Positions 10,151-18,400 of a stretch of DNA of 64,000 nt are shown here, one piece after another; the stretch's first letter is position 1, and every line of letters starts with the position of its first letter. This DNA comes from an uncultured Clostridia bacterium (GTDB lineage Bacteria > Bacillota > Clostridia > Oscillospirales > CAG-272). The notes under the pieces are model-generated. The model was given only the letters and a program-made list of their open reading frames with translations, ran no database searches and was not told where the DNA came from. The DNA lies in NCBI GenBank assembly GCA_947627815.1, contig CANQXN010000002.1, forward strand, positions 280 to 64,279, given 5' to 3'. A program made the translations under genes and the position numbers.

Positions 10151-10301
10151 AAAATTTCCTCCGATCGATTTACAGGTTCTGTTTTCAGTGCTTTTCTGTA
10201 TTTTATCATAAATTTCGATTATCCGCAAGACAGGGAAGATATAAAAAATGCAATCCAGAAAAAGATAAACAAAATCTGTAAATAATGCATATTCGCGGCG
10301 C

Positions 10302-10330
10302 TTGCGGGTCATAGGGCTTTATGCTATAAT
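10302..10330 (+). promoter_or_regulatory. Sigma-70/SigA-type promoter for the DUF4965 gene
   Basis: TTGCGG, a 17-nt spacer, then TATAAT with TG two bases upstream of the -10 (TGCTATAAT). Confidence 0.5.
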
Positions 10331-10416
10331 TCAAGTGGTTTTTAGCGCCATTTCCGCCAAAAAAGCGGCAATGAACAAACCGGGATTTCCCGGAGAACAG
10401 GGAGAAAAAGAAATAT

Positions 10417-12351
10417 ATGAGAATGAGACCGCCGAGCGTACCGCTCATTACGGTTGACCCTTATTTTTCGGTATGGTCAGCCGCCAATACATTGACACAG
10501 AATGATACTGTTCACTGGACAGGCAAGCCCAATACGATGCGCGGCGTTGTGACAATTGACGGCGTGTGCTACCGTTTTATGGGTAGCGGTGATGAACCGG
10601 CTATGAAACAAACCGCGTTGGATGTTTCCGCCATGACTACCGAATATCGCTTTGTGGCAGCGGGCATTGAGCTGACCGCGCGTTTTACCACGCCTTTATT
10701 TACGGATGATTATTATTATCTTACACGCCCGGTGAGTTATCTGAAGCTCACATATCGCTCTTTGGGCAAGAAGTGTCACACCGTAACGGCGCATGTGGCG
10801 GTTTCGGAGGAAATCTGTCTGAATTATCGCGGGCAGGATGGCGTTGATGTGGCGCTCCTTGAACAGGATGATATCCAGACGGCCAGAATCGGTAGCGTCA
10901 GCCAGCCTGTATTGGAAAAGCGGGGCGATGACATCCGTATTGACTGGGGCTATTTCTATCTCTCCACGGCAGGGCAAGCGGCCAAGACCGGCGCTTACGC
11001 CGAAAAGGTGCCTTTTGCCGAACACTGTGAACACGGCGAAAATGAGGAGATGACTTTCGTCTTTGCCGAAAATGAGGTGGATTCCGAACAGGGCGCCCTC
11101 TTCACCTTTGCTTATGACGATGTGGAAAGCATGGTGTATTTCGGCAAACATCTGAAGACCTATTGGAACAGAAACGGCGAAAAATTGTTGGATGAGATCA
11201 CCAAAGCATTTTCCGACTATGATTTTTGCAGTATGAAAGCGCTGGCTTTTTCCGAACGCCTCTTCATCGATGCTACAAAAGCCGGCGGGGAAAAGTACGC
11301 TGAACTGTTGGAGTTGGCCTATCGGCAGGTTTTGGCTGCGCACAAACTGGTGATTGACGAAAACGGCGAACTTTTATACATATCCAAGGAATGTCACTCC
11401 AATGGTTGTGCCGCCACGGTGGATGTTTCCTATCCTTCCATTCCGATGTTTTTGCTCTATAATTCCGAGTTGGTACGGGGCATGATGCGCCCGGTGTTCC
11501 GGTATGCCCGCACACCCGATTGGATTTTTGACTTTGCTCCTCACGATGTGGGGCAATATCCTCATGTCAACGGACAGGTCTATGCCGGAAACCATATTGA
11601 CGGGCAGATGCCGGTGGAAGAGTGCGGCAATATGCTGGTGATGGCTGCCGCCGAAGCAGTCGCTTCCGGTGACGCTTCCTTTGCTAAAGCCAATATGGAT
11701 CTTCTGGAAACTTGGGTGGTTTATTTGAGAAAGCATGGCAGAGATCCTGAAAATCAGCTTTGTACCGATGACTTTGCCGGGCATATGGCGCACAATTGCA
11801 ACCTTTCGTTAAAAGCCATTTGCGGTATTGTCGGCCTTGGTCTCATTTATCGTATGCTTGGCGAGGAAGAAAAATATGCGGCTTGCTTAGCAGAGGCGAA
11901 GGATATGTCGGACGACTGGGCGAAACGCGCCTCAAACGGTGACGGAAGTTATCGGCTGGCCTTTGACAGAGAAGGTACTTTCAGCATGAAATACAACATC
12001 GTTTGGGATAAGCTGTTTGGCACCTATGTTATGAATCCCGCCGTGATTGCTTCCGAGGTTGGCAGTTACCGCAAGCATATCAATAAATACGGTATGCCCC
12101 TGGATAACCGCGCCGACTATACAAAGAGCGACTGGACAATCTGGACGGCCACCTTGGCGTCCGACAGAGCCGGGTTTGAAGAATTGGCGGAACCGGTTTG
12201 GGAAGCGTATAACGCTTCGCACAGCCGTTGCCCCATGACCGACTGGTATGATACTGTCTCGGCCCGTCAGATTGGTTTCCGCCATCGTTCTGTGCAAGGC
12301 GGCCTCTTTATTAAACTGCTTGAAGCCTCCGGCAAGATGAAAGTGGAATAA
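10417..12351 (+). CDS. DUF4965/DUF5127/DUF1793 (glutaminase-A-like) putative glycoside hydrolase, cytoplasmic
   Basis: RPPSVPLITVDPYFSVWSAANTLTQNDTVHWTGKPNTMRGVVTIDGVCYRFMG is the characteristic N-terminus of this family. 644 aa, no signal peptide. Confidence 0.7.
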   Translation: MRMRPPSVPLITVDPYFSVWSAANTLTQNDTVHWTGKPNTMRGVVTIDGVCYRFMGSGDEPAMKQTALDVSAMTTEYRFVAAGIELTARFTTPLFTDDYYYLTRPVSYLKLTYRSLGKKCHTVTAHVAVSEEICLNYRGQDGVDVALLEQDDIQTARIGSVSQPVLEKRGDDIRIDWGYFYLSTAGQAAKTGAYAEKVPFAEHCEHGENEEMTFVFAENEVDSEQGALFTFAYDDVESMVYFGKHLKTYWNRNGEKLLDEITKAFSDYDFCSMKALAFSERLFIDATKAGGEKYAELLELAYRQVLAAHKLVIDENGELLYISKECHSNGCAATVDVSYPSIPMFLLYNSELVRGMMRPVFRYARTPDWIFDFAPHDVGQYPHVNGQVYAGNHIDGQMPVEECGNMLVMAAAEAVASGDASFAKANMDLLETWVVYLRKHGRDPENQLCTDDFAGHMAHNCNLSLKAICGIVGLGLIYRMLGEEEKYAACLAEAKDMSDDWAKRASNGDGSYRLAFDREGTFSMKYNIVWDKLFGTYVMNPAVIASEVGSYRKHINKYGMPLDNRADYTKSDWTIWTATLASDRAGFEELAEPVWEAYNASHSRCPMTDWYDTVSARQIGFRHRSVQGGLFIKLLEASGKMKVE

Positions 12352-12371
12352 AGCAGAATAAAAATTAATGC

Positions 12372-12405
12372 AGTCTCCCGTCACAGATTTTTGTGACGGG
12401 AGACT
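12372..12405 (+). terminator. Hairpin after the DUF4965 gene (weak U-tract)
   Basis: AGTCTCCCGTCAC - 8-nt loop - GTGACGGGAGACT, 21 nt after the stop. Only TT follows the stem. Confidence 0.4.
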
Positions 12406-12522
12406 TTCAAATCAACGCGCCATATTAAACTTTATAACTTTACCTCACTAAAGCCGCTTTTTGGTATTCGACCCAAAAGAGCAGGGCATTTTGAAGTTTC
12501 TTTGAAGATTCTTCAAAATGTC

Positions 12523-12551
12523 TTGCTTTTTTTGGGAATATGCGGTAAAAT
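12523..12551 (+). promoter_or_regulatory. Candidate promoter for queA-miaA
   Basis: TTGCTT, a 17-nt spacer, then TAAAAT. A 10-bp inverted repeat (12487-12520) lies immediately upstream. Confidence 0.4.
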
Positions 12552-12639
12552 AAAATGAATTATTTTGGCGGCATATATTCTTTGGCGCCGGTTGTTTGAT
12601 AGACAAGCGCGGGAACTCCGTGGAAGGAAAAACTGCTTC

Positions 12640-13704
12640 ATGATCACCAACGAAAAAATCTCTACCGAATTGACAACGCATGATTTTTATTACGATCTTC
12701 CGCCGGAATTGATCGCTCAGGAGCCGGTTGAACCGCGGGATTCCTCGCGGCTCATGGCGGTGAACAGAGCGACAGGCGTTTGGGAGCATCGTGTTTTTCG
12801 CGATATTATTGACTACCTCCGTCCCGGTGATGTTTTGGTGATCAATGATTCTAAGGTGATACCCGCCCGCCTTTTGGGGATAAAAGAGGGAACCGGCGCC
12901 GCCATCGAAGTGGTATTGCTGCGGCAGCACGCATTGGATGAATGGGAAGCTTTGACCCGTCCCGGAAAAAAAGCCAAAATCGGCACGAAATTTGTTTTCG
13001 GAGATGGCTTGCTTTGTGCGGAAGTGGTGGATATTCTGGAGGAAGGCAATCGCTTGCTCCGCTTTTCCTACAACCACAGTCAAGGCGATATTTACAGTTT
13101 GCTGGATTGCATCGGGAAAATGCCGCTGCCTCCGTATATTACCGCCCCGTTGAAAGATAAAGAACGGTATCAGACGGTCTATGCCAAAGAGCGTGGATCC
13201 GCCGCCGCTCCTACCGCAGGGTTGCATTTTACAAAAGAACTTTTAGATCGTATCCGCGCCAAGGGCGTCTTTGTCGTGCCTGTGATGCTGCATGTGGGAC
13301 TGGGAACTTTTCGCCCGGTGAAGGTGGATAAGATTACCGATCATCACATGCACAGCGAGTTTTTTCAAGTGACAGAAGGAGCGGCGAAAACCATCAATGA
13401 GGCAAAAGCCGCCGGCGGGCGGATCATTGCGGTGGGAACCACCTCCTGCAGGGTTTTGGAATCGGCTTCTGACGAGAAGGGCATGATTCATCCCATGCAT
13501 GATGATACCGGCATTTTTATTTATCCCGGCTATCGATTCAAAGCGGTGGATGCCTTGATTACCAACTTTCATTTGCCGGAATCCACGCTTTTGATGTTAG
13601 TCAGCGCCTTTTCATCCCGTGATTTGATTATGGAAATCTATCAAGAAGCGATTAAAAACAGATATCGTTTTTTTAGTTTCGGAGACGCCGTTTTTCTTTA
13701 CTAA
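12640..13704 (+). CDS. queA: S-adenosylmethionine:tRNA ribosyltransferase-isomerase
   Basis: [29 protein letters not shown] and [10 protein letters not shown] are typical of QueA. The ATG at 12640 follows GGAAGGA. Confidence 0.9.
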   Translation: MITNEKISTELTTHDFYYDLPPELIAQEPVEPRDSSRLMAVNRATGVWEHRVFRDIIDYLRPGDVLVINDSKVIPARLLGIKEGTGAAIEVVLLRQHALDEWEALTRPGKKAKIGTKFVFGDGLLCAEVVDILEEGNRLLRFSYNHSQGDIYSLLDCIGKMPLPPYITAPLKDKERYQTVYAKERGSAAAPTAGLHFTKELLDRIRAKGVFVVPVMLHVGLGTFRPVKVDKITDHHMHSEFFQVTEGAAKTINEAKAAGGRIIAVGTTSCRVLESASDEKGMIHPMHDDTGIFIYPGYRFKAVDALITNFHLPESTLLMLVSAFSSRDLIMEIYQEAIKNRYRFFSFGDAVFLY

Positions 13705-13738
13705 ACCATAAAAACCCTTGCGGCGACAGGAGAATGTT

Positions 13739-14653
13739 GTGAAAAAAACGATCCTTGCCTTGGCCGGCCCTACGGCCATTGGAAAATCTGCGCTGGCGAT
13801 GCTTTTGGCGCAGCGCTTAGACGGTGAAATCATATCCTGCGATTCTATGCAGATCTATCGCGGCATGGATATCGGCACGGCAAAGCCGACTCGGGCGGAG
13901 CAAAAAGCTGTTATGCACTATATGATAGATGTGGCGGATCCCCAACATCCCTATTCGGCAGCCGATTATGCCGTCGGCGCTAAAGAGGCGCTTGCGACTA
14001 TACAGTCCAAAGGGAAAGTGCCGATCTTCTGCGGCGGTACCGGCCTTTATCTGGAAAGCATTCTTTATGAAAGCGCATTTGTCTCACCTGCTGCCGATCC
14101 CGCCTTGCGTGATAGGCTGGAAAGTCGGGATTTCATGGAAAATTATGAAGAATTGAAAAAAATTGATCCTGAAAGCGCGGCTTGTATTCATCCGAATAAT
14201 CGCAAACGCGTCATCCGTGCCTTGGAAATCTATGTCTTGTCTGGCAAAACCAAAACACAATGGGATTTGGAAAATCAGAAAAAACATATTTTGCCGGACA
14301 CGCTTCTCTATGTGCTTGCTCCGAAAGATCGGGAGAAATTATATGAGAGAATCGATCGCAGAGTAGACGAAATGATGGCGGCGGGACTTCTTTCGGAAGT
14401 GCGCCGTTTGGCACTTTCGCCAGAAAGTACCGCCGGACAAGCCATTGGATATAAAGAATTGAACAACTATCTTGCAGGGCAAATAAGCCTTGAAGAAGCG
14501 GTTGAGCAAATCAAACAAGCGTCCCGCAACTATGCCAAGCGGCAATTGACTTGGTGGAACCGGAATAAAGAGGCAAAAGTAATTACGATAAAGCAGCCAT
14601 CGGAACTTCCGATGATTGCCGAACAGATTATCTCTGATGTTGCCGGTGTATAA
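13739..14653 (+). CDS. miaA: tRNA dimethylallyltransferase
   Basis: ILALAGPTAIGKSALAMLLAQRLDGEIISCDSMQIYRGMDIGTAKPT. The GTG start at 13739 lies 6 nt after AGGAG, whereas the track start at 13718 is a TTG. Confidence 0.9.
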   Translation: MKKTILALAGPTAIGKSALAMLLAQRLDGEIISCDSMQIYRGMDIGTAKPTRAEQKAVMHYMIDVADPQHPYSAADYAVGAKEALATIQSKGKVPIFCGGTGLYLESILYESAFVSPAADPALRDRLESRDFMENYEELKKIDPESAACIHPNNRKRVIRALEIYVLSGKTKTQWDLENQKKHILPDTLLYVLAPKDREKLYERIDRRVDEMMAAGLLSEVRRLALSPESTAGQAIGYKELNNYLAGQISLEEAVEQIKQASRNYAKRQLTWWNRNKEAKVITIKQPSELPMIAEQIISDVAGV

Positions 14654-14705
14654 GTCCTGTGCCGAATCGTCAAAAAATATAGGAAAGGAAGAAACGCCAA
14701 AAGCC

Positions 14706-15944
14706 ATGAAAAAAATTATTTCGTTTTTCCGTCGGATTTCCAAGCGAACCTATCTTCGGCTTTTGCTGTGTATTTTGGCGTTTGTTCTTGTGCTTGATGT
14801 GGTGGTCCATCTTGTCTGGGCCTTGACGCCGGGAGTGGATACCGTTTCCGCCCGTACCGGCGCCTTGGAGGAAACTCTGGTGGCCGATGCGTATTTGATC
14901 CGTGATGAACAGCTATTGCGGGTGGACGGCTCGTGGCATGTATTGCCTGCCGTGGAAGAAGGGGAAAAAATAAAAGCCGGCGATGTGGTCGCCTATCTAT
15001 ATGACAACAAGATTGATAGCGATCCACTGGATCAACTTCTAGCTCTTTTTTCTGCCAAGCGGCTTCTTGCTTCTATCGATGATAGGAGAATGGATAAAGT
15101 CAACGAATCCCTGAAAGATAAAATCGGCGGATTTTTACGGAAAATTGCCGAAGCCAGTGAGCGGGGCGATCTGATTTCAGCCGCCTTTTTTCAAAAAGAA
15201 CTAAATATACTTCTTCTGTGTCAAAAGAAACTTTCTGATTCGCAGGCGTTGAGTGAGGCCGAGGTCATGTTGGAACAGGAAATCGTTGCGCTTCGCGAAG
15301 AGATCGGAGCGCCCGCGGGAGAAGTCAAGGCGCCGGCAGCCGGATGGGTTTCTTTTGCAAGCGATGGATACGAAACCGAAGCCCTTTCGCCCCAAACGAT
15401 GGATAAAGAAGCGTTGGACGCTCTTTTCAGCAAAACACCGGTGCCGGTATCCGGGACAGTGATCGGGCGCTTTTATGCTACGCCGACCTGGTATGTTGTT
15501 TCGCGAACTGCCAAAGAATCGGCCGCCGAACTGAAAGTCGGGCAGAAGTATACGGTATCGCTGGATGGCGTTTCATCGACTGTCATGCTTGACCGAGTAG
15601 TCATCGATGCCGAAAGCGAAGACGCGGCATTGGTTTTTTCTTCAACCGCTTTGGCACAAGGTCTTGATGTTTCCAGGATCAGTCAAATGACACTTTCGTT
15701 AGAAAATCATACCGGCTTGTTGCTTCCCACTGCCGCGCTGACCGAATTTGAAGGCGTATGGGGCGTATATATCCTGCGCGGGTTTTTAGTAGAGTTTCGG
15801 GAAGTGGCCGTGGCTTACCGGGACGGCGCTACCATTGTGACTGATCCTTCTTTTTCCGGCAGTGGAAAGTATCGACTTCTTTCAGAGAGTGAATCCGTGA
15901 TTGTTAAAGGAGATGATCTTTATGATGGAAAGATCGTCAGTTGA
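14706..15944 (+). CDS. Membrane-anchored HlyD-like (barrel-sandwich/coiled-coil) protein
   Basis: An N-terminal TM segment (LRLLLCILAFVLVLDVVVHLVWAL), a lipoyl-like motif (VEEGEKIKAGDVVAYLY), a coiled-coil segment, and GEVKAPAAGWVSF. No ABC or MFS partner gene lies next to it. Confidence 0.55.
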   Translation: MKKIISFFRRISKRTYLRLLLCILAFVLVLDVVVHLVWALTPGVDTVSARTGALEETLVADAYLIRDEQLLRVDGSWHVLPAVEEGEKIKAGDVVAYLYDNKIDSDPLDQLLALFSAKRLLASIDDRRMDKVNESLKDKIGGFLRKIAEASERGDLISAAFFQKELNILLLCQKKLSDSQALSEAEVMLEQEIVALREEIGAPAGEVKAPAAGWVSFASDGYETEALSPQTMDKEALDALFSKTPVPVSGTVIGRFYATPTWYVVSRTAKESAAELKVGQKYTVSLDGVSSTVMLDRVVIDAESEDAALVFSSTALAQGLDVSRISQMTLSLENHTGLLLPTAALTEFEGVWGVYILRGFLVEFREVAVAYRDGATIVTDPSFSGSGKYRLLSESESVIVKGDDLYDGKIVS

Positions 15945-16659
15945 ATGTATCGGCTTTGTTTCCAATGCGTTGCCGTCCATCCGCAGGGAGGTCGAGAAAC
16001 TCGGCGGCGGACAGGCGGTTCTGCTGGCCGCGACCAAAACCGTGCCGGTGGACGCCATCAATTACGCGATAGATCATCTCGGCTTGACCGATATCGGGGA
16101 AAACCGTGTACAGGAACTTTTGGACAAATATGACGCACTTCACAAGGAAAATCTTCGGATTCATTTCATTGGCAGGCTTCAAACCAATAAAGTCAAATAT
16201 ATCATTGATAAAGTTTGCTTGATCCATTCTGTAGATTCTGAAAAATTGGCGGCGGAGATTGACCGCCAAGCGGAAAAGCACGGTCTTGTCATGCGTATTC
16301 TTGTGGAGATTAACCTGACGGGAGAAGCCTCCAAAGGAGGCATTGAGCCATCGTCGTTGAAGGAGTTTCTCGAAAAGCTTTCAGCATACCGGCATCTTTT
16401 TGTGGCGGGGCTTATGGCTATCCCGCCGGCAGGCGCTTCCAGGCAGGAAAATATGGAATATTTCAGGCAAATGTATCGGTTCTTTATTGACAACTTTTCA
16501 AAAAAGATGCATAATAAAGAGAAGTATATTCTTTCAATGGGCATGTCGGACAGTTATCGCGAGGCGCTTTCTTGCGGATCTACCTTGGTGCGGTTGGGCA
16601 GTGCGCTGTTTGGCAAACGACCCGATCCGAACAGAACGGCAACTTCGGAAAAAAACTGA
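15922..16659 (+). CDS. yggS: YggS/YlmE family pyridoxal-phosphate homeostasis protein
   Basis: LLAATKTVPVDAINYAI..DIGENRVQEL..IHFIGRLQTNKVKYI. The start at 15922 follows AAGGAG and overlaps the upstream gene by 23 nt. Confidence 0.85.
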   Translation: MMERSSVECIGFVSNALPSIRREVEKLGGGQAVLLAATKTVPVDAINYAIDHLGLTDIGENRVQELLDKYDALHKENLRIHFIGRLQTNKVKYIIDKVCLIHSVDSEKLAAEIDRQAEKHGLVMRILVEINLTGEASKGGIEPSSLKEFLEKLSAYRHLFVAGLMAIPPAGASRQENMEYFRQMYRFFIDNFSKKMHNKEKYILSMGMSDSYREALSCGSTLVRLGSALFGKRPDPNRTATSEKN

Positions 16660-16723
16660 CGGTGGAACCGAGAACGAGAGCAAAGACGAGTAGAAGATAG
16701 CAAAGAGAGAAAGGAAGGATCAA

Positions 16724-17197
16724 ATGTCGATATTTGGTAAAGTATATAAGAAACTGATGGGTGACGATGAACCCGAACCTTCCGCCCCGGCGGAAGAATT
16801 GACTAAGGAGGAACCTATGACTGAGGAACCGATCAAAGAAGCAGCACCGCTTGATGAGAAACCCGAGGGATCTTTGGAACTGAAGATCGCTCGTCTTTTG
16901 GCTTTTGACGCGTCTGTCACCGATATTGCCGATCATTTGATTGCCGGGCGTCCGGTGGTTTTGAATCTCGAAGAAGCACCCAGAGAGGCGATCCGCCGTA
17001 TCCTTGATTTTTTCTCCGGCGTTGCCTATTCCGTCAGAGGACAGTTGAAACGAATTTCCAACACAATTTACATTGTAACACCGCACAATGTGGATGTTTC
17101 TCACCAAGGCGCCGGTGCGGCTCCTGATAATCAGGGGGAAATATCTCCCTTCGGGCTGCCGCAATCGGGCAGATCGACGGTATCGGCCAACATTTGA
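16724..17197 (+). CDS. sepF: Cell division protein SepF
   Basis: GRPVVLNLEEAPREAIRRILDFFSGVAYSVRGQLKRISNTIYIVTPHNVDV, plus its position between yggS and yggT. Confidence 0.9.
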   Translation: MSIFGKVYKKLMGDDEPEPSAPAEELTKEEPMTEEPIKEAAPLDEKPEGSLELKIARLLAFDASVTDIADHLIAGRPVVLNLEEAPREAIRRILDFFSGVAYSVRGQLKRISNTIYIVTPHNVDVSHQGAGAAPDNQGEISPFGLPQSGRSTVSANI

Positions 17198-17302
17198 TTT
17201 GTTTTTGCCGATCGGGCCGTAGAGGCGATGGCGTCTTCTTCGCCGTTTTACAGACGGCGTTGGGCAGATGAAAGAGAAATTCTGCTTTCCAAGGAGGATT
17301 TT

Positions 17303-17581
17303 GTGGAAACCTTTCTCTATATCCTGTATAATTGTGTCTTTTATTTTCTCATGGTGCTTGAATTTTGTATGCTGATACGGGCATTGCTTTCCTGGTTCAT
17401 CACGGATGAAGAAAGCGGTATCGTCAGATTTTTCTTTTATGTGACGGAGCCGGTAATTTTTCCCGTGCGCGCCCTTTTGGAGCGGTCGGAGAAGATACGA
17501 AATCTGCCCATTGATATTTCTTTTCTCGTGACCCTATTGCTATTATCTTTGATTGAGAGCCTCTTGACTGCTTTGATCTGA
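17303..17581 (+). CDS. yggT: YggT (YlmG) family membrane protein
   Basis: LIRALLSWF motif and two TM segments. The GTG at 17303 lies 5 nt after AAGGAGG and gives the usual length of about 92 aa. Confidence 0.8.
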   Translation: METFLYILYNCVFYFLMVLEFCMLIRALLSWFITDEESGIVRFFFYVTEPVIFPVRALLERSEKIRNLPIDISFLVTLLLLSLIESLLTALI

Positions 17582-17662
17582 CGGCTTGAAAGCAAGGTCG
17601 TTTCTTTTTTTGTATTTATATTTTTTCACGGTTAATTAAGATAAAGGACGGTATGTAAAATC

Positions 17663-18328
17663 ATGATGACGCCCAATGATCTGAAAAACAAAACCTTTAC
17701 CCAGACTTTCCGCGGCTACGCTAAGAATGAAGTGGACGAATTTCTCTCATCGGTAGCGGAGCAGTATACGCAACTTTATCAGCAATACAGCCAGCTTAGT
17801 AAAAATTACAATCAGTTGAATGAAGCCTATCGCAGCGCGCAAGCCGCTCTTCTGGAAATGAAAAACAATGAGGATGCGATTCGCCGCGCGCTGGTGGATT
17901 CACAAAACGCGGCCGCGCAAGTGCTGGAAACCGCGCAGAAAAAAGGCGAAGAAATTGAAAATCTGATCCTGAAAAAATGCGAGGAAATTCTTTCCTCTTT
18001 TCGGGATAAAGTGCGCGCCGAGCGCGAACGGCTCAGCCTTTTAAGGGCGCAAGTGAACGATTTTAAAGCAAGAATTTATGAACAGTATCAGTCTCACATC
18101 GAAACGGTGGAGAATATTACCGCCGTCGTTTCACAGGATGATTGGGACATGACAGCCACCGAGGCTACCAAAGCCGTGCTGATCCATCTGCGTGGGGAAC
18201 TGGAAAGACGCACCCTCCATGACGAGCGGGAGGAAGAGCAACTGGATCATGAGATTGATATCATTATCGATGAACTGATCCAAGGAAAAAAAGCGAATAA
18301 ACCCGAGGATGACGGCAAGGACGCCTGA
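17663..18328 (+). CDS. divIVA: DivIVA domain cell-division protein
   Basis: MTPNDLKNKTFTQTFRGYAKNEVDEFL N-terminus followed by a coiled coil. Confidence 0.85.
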   Translation: MMTPNDLKNKTFTQTFRGYAKNEVDEFLSSVAEQYTQLYQQYSQLSKNYNQLNEAYRSAQAALLEMKNNEDAIRRALVDSQNAAAQVLETAQKKGEEIENLILKKCEEILSSFRDKVRAERERLSLLRAQVNDFKARIYEQYQSHIETVENITAVVSQDDWDMTATEATKAVLIHLRGELERRTLHDEREEEQLDHEIDIIIDELIQGKKANKPEDDGKDA

Positions 18329-18400
18329 TGTGTTTGGCGGCGTTCAATTGACTTTTATGCTGCTTTTATGAATTAAGAGATAAGGAATGGTTGATCAATC

